DNA of 64,000 nt from Alphaproteobacteria bacterium. Lineage in GTDB: Bacteria > Pseudomonadota > Alphaproteobacteria > Rhodobacterales > Rhodobacteraceae. Made by a program: the position numbers and the translations under genes. Shown here in pieces: positions 1 through 10,365 of this stretch (positions are counted from its first letter, which is position 1; every line of letters starts with the position of its first letter). The stretch covers positions 13,849-77,848 of the forward strand of contig JAUIBL010000013.1 in assembly GCA_030428355.1 (NCBI GenBank), written 5' to 3'. The notes beneath the pieces are model-generated. The model did not search any database. It had not been told where the DNA came from and worked only from the letters and a program-made list of their open reading frames with translations.

Positions 1-1250
1 TGGGTGTATTTGTCGGCCAGATCGCTGGCTCCCATGATCCCGCCACGTTCGGCCGGGGTGATCGGGCCAAGCTGCGACGACGGCGGACGGATGAGCGTGC
101 GCTCGACCATGCCGGGGATGCCCTTGCGTTCCAGCATGGAGGTGACCGCCTCCCCGACCCCCACCTCTCGGATCGCGGTTTCGGTGTCGAAGGCGGGGTT
201 TTCGCGATAGGTTTCGGCTGCCATGCGCAACGCCTTGCGATCCCTTGCGGTGAAGGCGCGCAAGGCGTGCTGCACCCGGTTGCCCAACTGGCCAAGGATG
301 TCTTCGGGAATGTCGTCCGGATTCTGGGTGATGAAATACACACCGACCCCCTTGGAGCGGATCAGGCGGGCCACCTGTTCCACCTTGTCCACCAGCGCTT
401 TCGGGGCATCGTCGAAGAGCAGATGCGCCTCGTCGAAGAAGAAGACGAGCTTGGGCTTGTCCGGGTCGCCCACTTCGGGCAGTTCCTCGAACAGTTCGGA
501 CAGCAGCCACAGCAGGAAGGTCGCGTAAAGGCGCGGCGACCCCATCAGCTTGTCGGCGGCAAGGATATTTATCTGACCGTTGCCGTTTGCATCGGTGCGC
601 ATCAGGTCGCGCAGCACCAGCGCAGGTTCTCCAAAGAAATCGGCGCCGCCCTGATTTTCAAGAACCAGCAGCCGACGCTGGATCGCTCCGACGGATTGGG
701 TGGCGATATTACCGTAGCGCAACGAGACAGTTCCGCTGTTTTCCCCCAGCCAGACCAGCATGGATTGCAGGTCTTTCAGGTCGAGAAGCGGCAGGCCTTC
801 TTCATCCGCCACGCGGAAGGCGATATTGAGGATACCTTCCTGCGCCTCGGAGAGTTCGAGCAGACGCGAAATCAGCAGTGGTCCCATCTCGGCCACGGTG
901 GTGCGGATCGGGTGGCCCTGATCGCCGAAGAGATCCCAGAACGTCACAGGGAAATCGCGGTAGGCGTAGTCCTCGAAGCCGATTGTCCTCGCGCGATCCG
1001 TGAACGGTTGATGAAGCTTGAACTCCGCACTGCCGGGTTTCGCGAGGCCCGAGAGGTCGCCCTTCAAGTCCGCCATGAACACCGGCACGCCCTGTGCTGA
1101 AAACCCTTCGGCCAGAATCTGAAGAGTGACGGTTTTTCCGGTGCCGGTTGCGCCCGCGACAAGCCCGTGCCGGTTTGCATAGTCCAATCGCAGCCATTGC
1201 TTGACGCCGTAGGCGTCACCACCGCCACCGACAAAAACACCGTTTTCCAT
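1..1250 (-). CDS. DUF853/YjgR-family HerA-like ATPase (partial, runs off left edge)
   Basis: Manual translation from ATG at 1250: [58 protein letters not shown]..., later [12 protein letters not shown] and [20 protein letters not shown] upstream. Absent from ORF track because no stop lies in the window. Confidence 0.9.
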   Translation of the reverse strand, partial: MENGVFVGGGGDAYGVKQWLRLDYANRHGLVAGATGTGKTVTLQILAEGFSAQGVPVFMADLKGDLSGLAKPGSAEFKLHQPFTDRARTIGFEDYAYRDFPVTFWDLFGDQGHPIRTTVAEMGPLLISRLLELSEAQEGILNIAFRVADEEGLPLLDLKDLQSMLVWLGENSGTVSLRYGNIATQSVGAIQRRLLVLENQGGADFFGEPALVLRDLMRTDANGNGQINILAADKLMGSPRLYATFLLWLLSELFEELPEVGDPDKPKLVFFFDEAHLLFDDAPKALVDKVEQVARLIRSKGVGVYFITQNPDDIPEDILGQLGNRVQHALRAFTARDRKALRMAAETYRENPAFDTETAIREVGVGEAVTSMLERKGIPGMVERTLIRPPSSQLGPITPAERGGIMGASDLADKYT

Positions 1251-1423
1251 ACATGCTCCCCGAACCACAGTATCACCAGTGACCATACAAACTTAACCTT
1301 TTGGTGCCAGTATGTTTTTGCCCGGACTGCGATGTTCCCCTGTGCTCCGGGTAATCCTCACTGTTGGACTGGCCACGCTGCAAGGCGTGGACTTTTTGTG
1401 AATTCACGATTGAATTTTGCCTG

Positions 1424-1452
1424 TTGACGCTGTGGATTTCATTTCGTAGCGT
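1424..1452 (+). promoter_or_regulatory. Putative sigma70 promoter
   Basis: TTGACG(1424-1429)-N17-TAGCGT(1447-1452). Confidence 0.55.
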
Positions 1453-1458
1453 CACGGC

Positions 1459-1528
1459 AATAATAGTCGGCCGGTCCGACAGGGAGCAAGAAGGGGAAGA
1501 TGCGTTATTGCATCTTCCTTTTTCTTTT
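1459..1528 (+). ncRNA. Candidate small RNA (~70 nt)
   Basis: Lies between the promoter above and an intrinsic terminator. Internal hairpin GTCGG-ccggt-CCGAC. No plausible ORF. Confidence 0.5.
1495..1528 (+). terminator. Intrinsic terminator
   Basis: GGAAGATGC-gttatt-GCATCTTCC followed by TTTTTCTTTT. Confidence 0.75.
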
Positions 1529-1706
1529 CAGCGCATTGCGGCGCGATCCTAACGCATCACGTTAACTACCGGACTTGAAACAATCAGGCCGGATGGACGC
1601 AAGAATCCGCCACTTGCCTGTGCACAAGTTCGTGTTTTGGCCTGACACTCCGTCCGGCCCGTGTTAACGCACGCACAAACAGGACCGATGCTTCTGAGAG
1701 GACTTC

Positions 1707-2330
1707 ATGACCAAACCCTTTTTGCTTCTGACAACGATTGCCAGCATGGCTTTTTCCGGCGCAGTTTTGGCGCAGGACAGCACAACAGCCGAGGACACGC
1801 AGGCCCCGGCGGCGACTGCGGATGTGTCCGATCTGGACACGGGCGAACCGGTGGCTGAGGCGAATCCCGACAACAACAGCTACATCAAGACCACCCACGG
1901 CGACTGGGCCATCCAGTGTCTGCGCGTGCAGGAAGGCCCCGAGCCCTGCCAGATGTACCAGCTTCTGCGCGACCAGAACGGCGGCAGCGTGGCCGAAGTC
2001 AGCATCTTCCGTGTGCCCAATGGCGGACAGGTCTCGGCGGGTGGCACCTTTATTGTACCTCTCGAGACGTTGCTGACCCAGAAACTGAACATCCGCGTGG
2101 ATTCCGGACAGGCGAAACGCTACGACTTCTCGTTCTGCACTCAGATCGGCTGCTATGCCCGTGTCGGCTTTACGGACGAAGACGTGGCCGCGTTCCGGCG
2201 CGGCAACGTGGCCAACGTGACCATCGTGCCTGCACTTGCGCCGGATCAGCTTGTGACGGTGGCCATGTCGCTGTCCGGTTTCACGGCCGCGTTCGAAGAA
2301 ATCACGGCGCTGCAGGGACAAGGCCAGTAA
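1707..2330 (+). CDS. Invasion-associated locus B (IalB) family protein
   Basis: Signal peptide; HGDWAIQC...CQMYQ, VPLETLL, FSFCTQIGC and terminal SLSGFTAAF motifs; GAGGA RBS. Confidence 0.88.
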   Translation: MTKPFLLLTTIASMAFSGAVLAQDSTTAEDTQAPAATADVSDLDTGEPVAEANPDNNSYIKTTHGDWAIQCLRVQEGPEPCQMYQLLRDQNGGSVAEVSIFRVPNGGQVSAGGTFIVPLETLLTQKLNIRVDSGQAKRYDFSFCTQIGCYARVGFTDEDVAAFRRGNVANVTIVPALAPDQLVTVAMSLSGFTAAFEEITALQGQGQ

Positions 2331-2385
2331 CACGCCGTTCCGGATTGTTTTGCGGGGGTGAGATCGCAGGATCCCGCGCCCTTTT

Positions 2386-3528
2386 TCATGAAAGACCGTC
2401 GAGAACCGCCAGCGCCGCCCGCTCGCCCGGCGGCAGACCGCCCTGCCCCAAGCGTTCCATGGTCAGCGCCATCGCGGCCTTTTGCTGTTCAGGTGACTTG
2501 AGAAGGTCGGATACGGCCTTGGCGATCGGCGCAGGTCGGCACTGCGCACCGATGAATTCCGGCACCACACGCGTCTCGGAGACGAGATTGACAAGGGTCA
2601 CCGTGTCGACACGCAGCATCCGTCCGATGATCTGACGCGACAGCCAGTTCATGTCATACGCAATCACCATCGGCGTGCCCGATGCCGCAAGCTCAAGCGA
2701 TACCGTTCCCGACGCGGCAACCGCGACATCGGCGGCCGCAAAGGCAGCCAGTTTGGACGCTATACCGTCCGTGGCCGGGTTGAGAATGATCGGCTTGACG
2801 GGCCACAGTGCGACGGCCTCGGTCACACGCGATGCGACATTCGGGGCTGCGGGCAAGACAAAACGCATGTCGGGATGACGCGCGTGCAGGTCGGCAATCA
2901 CTTCGGCAAAGATCGGCAGGAAGCGGGACACCTCGCTGCGCCGTGATCCCGGCAGGATCAGAGCCAACGGCGCAGCGCTCAAAGCATAGTGATCACGGAA
3001 CGCGGCAACTTCTTCAGGTGACGCAACGGGATCGGTCACCACCGGATGCCCCACGAAATCGCAGCGCATGCCGGCCGCTTCCATGTAGGGCGGCTCGAAC
3101 GGCAAAAGCGCCAGCACCTGATCGATGTGGGCGGCCATCTTTTTCGCACGACCCGGACGCCAGGCCCAGACGGTGGGCGCCACGTAATGCACGGTCCGGA
3201 TGTTGCTCTGCGCCTTGACCAGCTTGGCGACCCGCAGGCTGAACTCCGGCAGGTCGATGGTGATCAGCACATCGGGCTTTGCGGCCAGCACGGCGTCGGC
3301 GGTCTGGCGGATGCGCGCCTTGAGCTGGCGGTATTGCGACAGGATCTCGGTGATCCCCATGATCGAGATCTCGTCCATGGGAAACAGACTCTGCAGCCCT
3401 TCGTCGATCATCCGGTCGCCGCCGATCCCTTCGAAACTCACATCTCCGGCATGCTTGCGCAGACCCGCCATCAACGCCGCGCCCAGCTTGTCGCCCGAGG
3501 CTTCCCCGGCAATGACGAAGACCCGCAT
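2386..3528 (-). CDS. lpxB: Lipid-A-disaccharide synthase
   Basis: IAGEASGDKLGA, VHYVAPTVWAWR, LPGSR, ASGTVSLE motifs; last gene of lpx cluster. Confidence 0.97.
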   Translation of the reverse strand: MRVFVIAGEASGDKLGAALMAGLRKHAGDVSFEGIGGDRMIDEGLQSLFPMDEISIMGITEILSQYRQLKARIRQTADAVLAAKPDVLITIDLPEFSLRVAKLVKAQSNIRTVHYVAPTVWAWRPGRAKKMAAHIDQVLALLPFEPPYMEAAGMRCDFVGHPVVTDPVASPEEVAAFRDHYALSAAPLALILPGSRRSEVSRFLPIFAEVIADLHARHPDMRFVLPAAPNVASRVTEAVALWPVKPIILNPATDGIASKLAAFAAADVAVAASGTVSLELAASGTPMVIAYDMNWLSRQIIGRMLRVDTVTLVNLVSETRVVPEFIGAQCRPAPIAKAVSDLLKSPEQQKAAMALTMERLGQGGLPPGERAALAVLDGLS

Positions 3529-4430
3529 CAGCCGCCCTTTTCCCGCACCCAGAGGAAGAGGCCCAGATCGTCACAGCGGGCCACGGTTCTGGCGCGATCC
3601 AGAACCATCACGCCCTCCGCTTCGATCACGATGCCCGACAGGCCGGCTGCAGCGACCGCGTCCGGCGTCCCTGCCCCGATGACCGGCAGATCGGCGCGGC
3701 GATCCTGCCCCGGTTTGGGTGCCTTGAAGAGGATGCCGCCTTCCGAGACAGAAGTGCCGCCGGTCAGCCAGTCGGTCGCATCACCCAGCAAACCGCCGAA
3801 CATATGGCTGGCGGCATTGATCGGGTTTGACAGGAAATCGCCGCTGCCCGCTTGCCGGTCCCGCGCCAGACGGGTGAGCATGGCGTCGGTTCCGGCAGCA
3901 TCTTCGCGCGCCAACACGCTGTCACCGCGCACGACACAGGCCTGCCCTGCATCCCGTGCCCCCATGGCAGCGACGGTGCGTTCCCCCAACCGCGCCTCGA
4001 CCGCGTTCTGCGGCGTGTAGGTCTTGAGCGTCAGAACGCCGGGTTGCGGGACAAGATCAGGCACAAGCTCGTGCGCTGCCACGATGGCCAGGCCCGCCTC
4101 TTCGAAGAGTTGCATCACGATGCGCAGAGCGCCATCATCGCCCGAGGTCAGCGCAGTTTGCAGGCGCGGCACCAAGGGGGCCGTCTTTGCGTCGAGCCGT
4201 GTCGGGTCGATCGGCGGGCGGCGGATCGCGCCGCACAGGCACACATGCGTCACCCCGCGCGATCCGAGCGTGTCGATCAGGCTGCCAAGCGTTTCCAGAT
4301 GAAAGGTCAGATCGGCGGTCAGGCCGTCCGGTTCGAACCCGGCCAGAACACAGATCAACGGAGGCTCGGGCTGGGCATCGGCAACGATGCGCGGCAACCG
4401 TCCCCGTCCGCAGATCAACGCCAGTGACAT
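3528..4430 (-). CDS. lpxI: UDP-2,3-diacylglucosamine pyrophosphatase LpxI family
   Basis: LALICGRGRLP, GDDGALR, DAGQACVV, GTDAML, KAPKPGQDRRADLPVIG; between lpxA and lpxB. Confidence 0.92.
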   Translation of the reverse strand: MSLALICGRGRLPRIVADAQPEPPLICVLAGFEPDGLTADLTFHLETLGSLIDTLGSRGVTHVCLCGAIRRPPIDPTRLDAKTAPLVPRLQTALTSGDDGALRIVMQLFEEAGLAIVAAHELVPDLVPQPGVLTLKTYTPQNAVEARLGERTVAAMGARDAGQACVVRGDSVLAREDAAGTDAMLTRLARDRQAGSGDFLSNPINAASHMFGGLLGDATDWLTGGTSVSEGGILFKAPKPGQDRRADLPVIGAGTPDAVAAAGLSGIVIEAEGVMVLDRARTVARCDDLGLFLWVREKGG

Positions 4431-4433
4431 CGC

Positions 4434-5219
4434 TCAGCCCGGCGTGAGGAAGGACCGGTCGGTCTCTCCCAGGATGAAATCGACGATATGGTGCACGTAT
4501 TCGCTGTCGGTTTCTTCGCCCAGTCGCTTGGCACGTTCCTGAAACGCGCCCTCACCCTGGGCAAGCATCTGAAACGCGGCCCGCAGCGCGGTGATGTCGG
4601 CGCGGCTGACGCCCTTGCGTTTGAGACCGACAAGGTTCAGGCCGTCCAGCCGTCCGCGATCGGCCTGCACGAGGCCATAGGGGATCACGTCATTTGTGAC
4701 CATGGTCACCGCCCCGATGATCGCGCCGCGCCCGATCCGGACGAACTGGTGCACGCCCGACAGGCCACCGACGATCACGTCGTCTTCGAGGATACAATGC
4801 CCGGCCAACGCGGCGCTGTTGACCACGATCACGCGGTTGCCGATCTGCACGTCATGGGCGACATGGCAGCCTGCCATGAAGAGGTTGTCATCGCCGACGC
4901 GGGTCACACCCCCACCGCCCTTGGTGCCGGTGTTCATTGTCACATGTTCACGGATGCGGTTGCGTGCGCCGATGATCAGGCTGGTCTTTTCTCCATCGAA
5001 CTTGAGGTCCTGCGGGATCTCGCCGATCACAGCGAAGGAAAAGATCTCGGTGCCTTCGCCAATCGAGGTCTGGCCGGTCACGACGACATGGCTTTTCAGC
5101 GTGACGTTGTCGCCCAGCACAACCTCGGGGCCGACATGACAGAACGGGCCGATGACGCAGCCGTCACCGATCTGCGCGCCCTCTTCGATGATGGCGCTGG
5201 GGTGAATGCGGGCTGTCAC
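4434..5219 (-). CDS. lpxA: Acyl-ACP--UDP-N-acetylglucosamine O-acyltransferase
   Basis: Hexapeptide repeats, PQDLK, HVAHD, HQFVRIG; GTG start overlaps fabZ stop (GTGA). Confidence 0.97.
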   Translation of the reverse strand: MTARIHPSAIIEEGAQIGDGCVIGPFCHVGPEVVLGDNVTLKSHVVVTGQTSIGEGTEIFSFAVIGEIPQDLKFDGEKTSLIIGARNRIREHVTMNTGTKGGGGVTRVGDDNLFMAGCHVAHDVQIGNRVIVVNSAALAGHCILEDDVIVGGLSGVHQFVRIGRGAIIGAVTMVTNDVIPYGLVQADRGRLDGLNLVGLKRKGVSRADITALRAAFQMLAQGEGAFQERAKRLGEETDSEYVHHIVDFILGETDRSFLTPG

Positions 5220-5677
5220 GCGGGCAGATCCATCATGGCCGAGAATTCGCATTCCGCGGCCATCTCACCGTCCACCGTCGCCACGCCGCCGAATTTCCAC
5301 ACCTTGCCGCCCGGCTTGCCACGCAGCGTGGTCAGGCGCATCTGCAACTGATCGCCGGGGATCACCTTGCGGCGGAATTTGCATTTGTCGATGGCCATGA
5401 AGTAGATCAGCATCTCCTTGTCCGCGAGGTCGAGCGCGGTGCCCACCATGACGGCGGCGGTCTGAGCCATGGCTTCGATGATCGTCACACCCGGCATGAT
5501 CGGCGTGCCGGGGAAATGCCCCTGAAAATGAGGCTCGTTCATCGTGACGTTCTTGATGCCAAGCGCCGATTGCGTGCCGTCGATCTCTTCCACGCGGTCC
5601 ACAAGCAGAAACGGATAGCGGTGCGGCAGGATGCGCTGGATAAGCTGGATGTCTGCACGAAGAAGCGTGTCGCTCAT
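5216..5677 (-). CDS. fabZ: 3-hydroxyacyl-ACP dehydratase
   Basis: [27 protein letters not shown]; start MSDTLL after AAGGA. Confidence 0.97.
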   Translation of the reverse strand: MSDTLLRADIQLIQRILPHRYPFLLVDRVEEIDGTQSALGIKNVTMNEPHFQGHFPGTPIMPGVTIIEAMAQTAAVMVGTALDLADKEMLIYFMAIDKCKFRRKVIPGDQLQMRLTTLRGKPGGKVWKFGGVATVDGEMAAECEFSAMMDLPA

Positions 5678-5739
5678 GGGGCGTCCTTTTTGATCTTGTT
5701 GGGCTGTGAGTACCAATCCCGATGCCGGGGGGCAAGGTT

Positions 5740-6324
5740 TCAGGGGCGCAGTGGCAGGATGTTCTCCCCCGCACCGAATTCGGCATTGACACGGGCAATC
5801 GCTTGTTCGGTGATGTCGACGGAATCCACACTGAGCAGAACTGCGCGTCGGTCAAGGACCGCAACGGCCCCGCTTTCGGCCATCAGTTGCAACAGGATCG
5901 GCTGTGCTGCGGTCAACAGGGCCCGCCGCGCCTCTTCGTTGCGTGTGCCGACGGCGCGGGCCTTTTCGTCCTGTTCACGGCGCAGGCGCTGCACCTTTTC
6001 ATCAAAGGCTTCGGCACGGGCGCGAAACTCGGTCGGAGCAAGCGTGTCCCGAAGTTCGGTCAGTTCGCGTTCCTCGGCGGTCAGTTCGGCTTCGATCTGA
6101 CGGTTCTCGGCCGCAATCGCGAGGCTTTCTTCTTCGATTTCACGGGCAATCCGCTGGCCGAAATCACTTTGAGCATAAAGCGCCTCGGGCGCGACAGTGA
6201 GGATCAAGCTTTGCACGACGCCCATATTGGACAGACCGCCATCCTGCTGGGCCTGTGCCACAGGTGCGATGCAAAGAAGCGCCCCGAAGAGCGCTCCCAG
6301 TGATTTGCGAAATCGAAGGTCCAT
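5740..6324 (-). CDS. OmpH/Skp family periplasmic chaperone
   Basis: Signal peptide, coiled coil, C-terminal [12 protein letters not shown]; directly downstream of bamA. Confidence 0.85.
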   Translation of the reverse strand: MDLRFRKSLGALFGALLCIAPVAQAQQDGGLSNMGVVQSLILTVAPEALYAQSDFGQRIAREIEEESLAIAAENRQIEAELTAEERELTELRDTLAPTEFRARAEAFDEKVQRLRREQDEKARAVGTRNEEARRALLTAAQPILLQLMAESGAVAVLDRRAVLLSVDSVDITEQAIARVNAEFGAGENILPLRP

Positions 6325-8667
6325 TTAGAACTGCGTTGAAATCGTCAGGTCGAAGGTCTGTTCCTCGTCGAACTGTTCCTTGCTCAACGCCTCGGAGAAG
6401 TTGAAGCGCAGAGGACCGATCGGCGTGTCCCAGAACAGCGACACACCCACCACATGCCGGGCTGTGAAGTCATCATAGAGGACGTTCGCATTGGTTTCTT
6501 CAAGGCCCCACAGGCTGCCGACATCGTAGAAGACACCGGCCGAAAGCCCGTACTCTTCGGGAACGGGCAGCGGGAATTCCGCCTCGAAGCGCGCCACGGC
6601 AAAATAGTTCCCGCCCAGCGGATCGTTGATGTCACCCGGCCCCACTTCGCGCGGACCGATGCCCCCGCCTTCAAAACCGCGCATCAGGTTCGACCCAAGG
6701 GAAAAGCGATCAGTCACGCGGGACGCGCCTTCGGAATAGCTCAGGGCGCCCGCCTGCAGCGTGGCCCGCAGCGTGACCTCGTCATTGAAGACCTTGGTCT
6801 GAGCGACAGCCCGCAGAGTGGATTCGATATAGGTGCTGTCGCCCCCCAGACCGGCAAAATCCTGACCGAATTCCAGCAGGACACCCGCATTCGGGTTTAG
6901 ACCGGTGCGACGTGTGTCATAGCTGTAGCGGTAGCCGATGAAACTGTCCCAGATCTGACCGCGCGCGGCCTCGGCGGTGATGATCTCGCCCACGGTGGTG
7001 TTGAGATTGGTGATCTCGGAATAGCGGGCACCGTAGCGCAGGCTCAGGCGACCGTTCTCGGATACCGGAAAGGTGAACCCGGTCGAGAAATTCCCGATGG
7101 CGGTATCGTATTCCGCGTTCGAATTGTCCGTCTCGAGATAGTTGATGCTGAAGTTGAACGCGACATCGCGGGCCAGGAACGACGGTTCGGTGAAGCTGAA
7201 GCTGTAGTTGGACGAGTCCACCCCCGTTGTCACACCCAGCGACAATTGCTGACCGCGGCCAAGGAAGTTGCGTTCGCTGAAGGTGATCGCCGCACCAAAC
7301 CCGTTGGTGGTCGAGAACGTGCCCCCAAAGCTGAGCGATCCTGTGGGGCGTTCTTCGACGTCCACATCGATCACGACCTGCTGCGGGGTCGACCCTTCGC
7401 GGGCTTCGACATTGGCTTCTCCGAAGAAGCCAAGAGCGCGCACCCGTTCGGCGCTTTCACGGATTTCACGCGGATTAAAGGGGTCGCCTTCGACCACACG
7501 GAACTGACGCCGCACAACACGGTCCAGCGTGGTGGTGTTGCCTTCGATGTCGATGCGTTCGACGAACACACGCTCGCCACGTGTCAGCAGGAATTCCACA
7601 TCCAGCGACAGGTCGCGATCATTGCGGGTGATGCGCGGCTCGACCCGGACAAAGTTCAGCCCTTCGCGGATCGCCAGACGCTCAAGCCGCGCGATTTCGG
7701 TTTCCACCGCAGTCGGCGAATAGGTCCGGCCCGAGCGCAAACGCAGCGCGTTCTGGAACACATCCGTGTCCACCTCAGCCAGGTCGGACGAGACCGTCAC
7801 CTCACCGAAGTTGAACTGTTGGCCTTCCTCAACGTTGAACGTGATGAAATACCCGTCACGTTCCTCGCTGAGTTCGGCATTCACGCTGGTGGTGCGGAAA
7901 TCGACATAGCCGCGTGATTGGTAAAAGTCGCGCAGGACCTGACGGTCGAATTCGATCCGGTCTTCGATGAAGCTGTCGGACTGGATCAACGCGCGGAAGA
8001 TACCGGCCTGCTTGGTTTCCAGTACACGGCGCAGGCGGCGGTCGCTGAACACCTGGTTGCCGGCGAACCCGATCCGTTCGATCTCGGAGACTCCGCCTTC
8101 GAAGATTTCGAACACCAGATCGACACGGTTGTCGGACCGGCGAATGACCTTGGGCTGCACACGGGCGGCGATGCGGCCCTGCTGCGCGTAGGCTTCGGTC
8201 AGGCGTGTCGCGTCGGCTTCGGCGGTGGACGGGCTGAACACGCGGCGCGATTGCGACTGCACGATGGCCGCAAGTGCCTCGTCGTCAAGCCGCGAGTTGC
8301 CTTCGAAGGTGATCAGGTTGATGGTTGGATATTCCACGACCCGGACGACAAGCGTGCTGCCACGGGGTTCGATCTCGACCGTTTCAAAAAGTCCGGAGGC
8401 AAGAACCCGCTGATACCCGTCGTTCAGCTCTGCCGCAGAGACCGGTTCCCCCCTCGCCACACCGAGAAAACTGGCGATGGTACCAGCCTCGATCCGCTGG
8501 TTGCCTTCTACCGATATCGCGTTGAAGCGGAACTCCTGCGCCAACGCCATGTTGGGTGCCGTCAGAACACCGACGCTCAGCGCCATCGTGGTCGCAAGAA
8601 GAAATGGACGGATCACCGATTTACGCGCTTTGTGCCGCGTAACCTGCTCGCCTGTTTTTTGTGTCAT
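6325..8667 (-). CDS. bamA: Outer membrane protein assembly factor BamA
   Basis: POTRA repeats (VEGNQRIE, IEGNTTTLDRVVRR), MRGF motif, WDTPIGPLRF, terminal F. Exact start (8667 vs 8676) uncertain. Confidence 0.97.
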   Translation of the reverse strand: MTQKTGEQVTRHKARKSVIRPFLLATTMALSVGVLTAPNMALAQEFRFNAISVEGNQRIEAGTIASFLGVARGEPVSAAELNDGYQRVLASGLFETVEIEPRGSTLVVRVVEYPTINLITFEGNSRLDDEALAAIVQSQSRRVFSPSTAEADATRLTEAYAQQGRIAARVQPKVIRRSDNRVDLVFEIFEGGVSEIERIGFAGNQVFSDRRLRRVLETKQAGIFRALIQSDSFIEDRIEFDRQVLRDFYQSRGYVDFRTTSVNAELSEERDGYFITFNVEEGQQFNFGEVTVSSDLAEVDTDVFQNALRLRSGRTYSPTAVETEIARLERLAIREGLNFVRVEPRITRNDRDLSLDVEFLLTRGERVFVERIDIEGNTTTLDRVVRRQFRVVEGDPFNPREIRESAERVRALGFFGEANVEAREGSTPQQVVIDVDVEERPTGSLSFGGTFSTTNGFGAAITFSERNFLGRGQQLSLGVTTGVDSSNYSFSFTEPSFLARDVAFNFSINYLETDNSNAEYDTAIGNFSTGFTFPVSENGRLSLRYGARYSEITNLNTTVGEIITAEAARGQIWDSFIGYRYSYDTRRTGLNPNAGVLLEFGQDFAGLGGDSTYIESTLRAVAQTKVFNDEVTLRATLQAGALSYSEGASRVTDRFSLGSNLMRGFEGGGIGPREVGPGDINDPLGGNYFAVARFEAEFPLPVPEEYGLSAGVFYDVGSLWGLEETNANVLYDDFTARHVVGVSLFWDTPIGPLRFNFSEALSKEQFDEEQTFDLTISTQF

Positions 8668-8751
8668 TGTTGGCAACCTACTCAGACATCCCTTTTGGAA
8701 CGTGAGTACCCAGATTGCCCTAGCTTGTCAAAACCGCAGAGACCTGTTTGG

Positions 8752-8910
8752 TCAATACGCGGCAGGGTGTGTCATCGCGTCGATCATCAGCGTTCCAAGA
8801 TAGGCGCCCAGAAACAGGGATGCCGCTATGGCAGCCACGTAAAGCAGCCTGTCCCAGTTGATCGAAACCAACAGGCTGAAGGACCGGTACCCGTCTTGAA
8901 TCGTTTGCAT
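8752..8910 (-). CDS. Small single-TM hypothetical protein (52 aa)
   Basis: MQTIQDGYRSFSLLVSINWDRLLYVAAIAASLFLGAYLGTLMIDAMTHPAAY; GAGGTG RBS just upstream of ATG 8910. Confidence 0.7.
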   Translation of the reverse strand: MQTIQDGYRSFSLLVSINWDRLLYVAAIAASLFLGAYLGTLMIDAMTHPAAY

Positions 8911-9018
8911 GACACACCTCGGATGGATTTTTCCGACCCCTGACATGGCGAGGAAATGTGTCAGCATTCGGGCGCAAACCGGAGGATTGTATGAAATCCG
9001 CCCGGATTGCGTGGTCAA

Positions 9019-10362
9019 TTAGGGGCAGAAGATGTCGTTGTACAATGCAAACAGCATGAGCGACAGCAACAGTGTCAGACCCATCGCCATCAGCACGCGC
9101 AGCGCCTTGTCACTGGGCGGCTTGCCCGTGACAGCCTCGTAGGCGTGGAACACCAGATGTCCGCCATCCAGCACAGGGATCGGAAACAGGTTCAAAAGCC
9201 CCACAGCCGTGCTGAGAACGGCGATGAACCAGATGAAGTTGGTGGTTCCCTGCGATGCCATCGACCCCGAGGTTTCAGCGATTCCGATCGGGCCGGACAG
9301 GTTGCAGGTCCCGATGGCGCCGGTGATCATGTACCACAGCCCCGAAAGCGACCCGTCGATGATGCGCCCGGTCTGCTGCACACCCGAGATGAGGGCGCTG
9401 ACCGGTCCGGTCATTTCGGTGGCCGGTTCGAAGAACATGCCGCCGACGATGCCGATCCGATAGTTGGTTTCGAAGCTGCCGTCGCTCTGCGGCTCGTCCG
9501 TCCTGCGGGGGGTCATCTCAAGCACCCGGATGTCGCCGTCCCGCCAGACCTCGAGAGTCAATGTCGCCCCTTCCGAGCCTTCGACGGCCTCGCGCAATTG
9601 CTCGAAAGCATAGATCGGCGCACCGTCGACCGAGATGATGATGTCTCCGGCGCGGAACCCGGCATCATCCGCCGCCGAGCGCGGAATGATCTGCGTGGCA
9701 ACAGGCGGATAAACATAGGGGCCTTCGACGACCAGCGTGCTGTCGCCGCGCTGGACCGTGTAATTCAGGTGTTCCTGAACCGGCAGATCATCGAGGAAGG
9801 ACTGAAAGCTGGCGGATTCGCCATAGGTCGGCAGGACCACACCTTCGATCTCCAGCAGGATGTCACCCACCTGAAGCTCGTTCTGGGCCGGAACCGCCCG
9901 CAATTCCCCGACTTTGACCGGATCGGTCACTTCGCCCCGGAACATCGGAACGGCGGTGAAGATGAGAATTGACAGCGCAAAGTTGAACGCCGGTCCCGCT
10001 GCCACCGTCGCAGCCCGCGCCCAAAGCGGCGCTCCGTTCATCGTGCGGCGACGCTCGGTGTCGGACAACCCGGCCATCGCCTCTTCGTCCTTGCCGCCCG
10101 AGGCATTGCTGTCGCCCTTGAACTTGACATAGCCCCCCAAGGGAAGCAGCGCGAACTGCCATTTGGTACCGCGCTTGTCGACACGCGAAAACAGGACTGG
10201 GCCAAAACCAAGCGAGAACACATCGGCGTCGATGCCCGACCAGCGCCCGACGATGTAATGACCGTATTCATGAATGGCGACGATGATCGACAAAGCGACA
10301 ACGAACGCCACGAGGGTCCAAATCAAACTACCAAACTGCGGCAGCAACGCTGCAATATCCAA
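9019..10362 (-). CDS. rseP: RIP metalloprotease RseP
   Basis: HEYGH, AGPAFN, PDZ region, NLFPIPVLDGG. Confidence 0.96.
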   Translation of the reverse strand: MDIAALLPQFGSLIWTLVAFVVALSIIVAIHEYGHYIVGRWSGIDADVFSLGFGPVLFSRVDKRGTKWQFALLPLGGYVKFKGDSNASGGKDEEAMAGLSDTERRRTMNGAPLWARAATVAAGPAFNFALSILIFTAVPMFRGEVTDPVKVGELRAVPAQNELQVGDILLEIEGVVLPTYGESASFQSFLDDLPVQEHLNYTVQRGDSTLVVEGPYVYPPVATQIIPRSAADDAGFRAGDIIISVDGAPIYAFEQLREAVEGSEGATLTLEVWRDGDIRVLEMTPRRTDEPQSDGSFETNYRIGIVGGMFFEPATEMTGPVSALISGVQQTGRIIDGSLSGLWYMITGAIGTCNLSGPIGIAETSGSMASQGTTNFIWFIAVLSTAVGLLNLFPIPVLDGGHLVFHAYEAVTGKPPSDKALRVLMAMGLTLLLSLMLFALYNDIFCP

Positions 10363-10365
10363 GGC

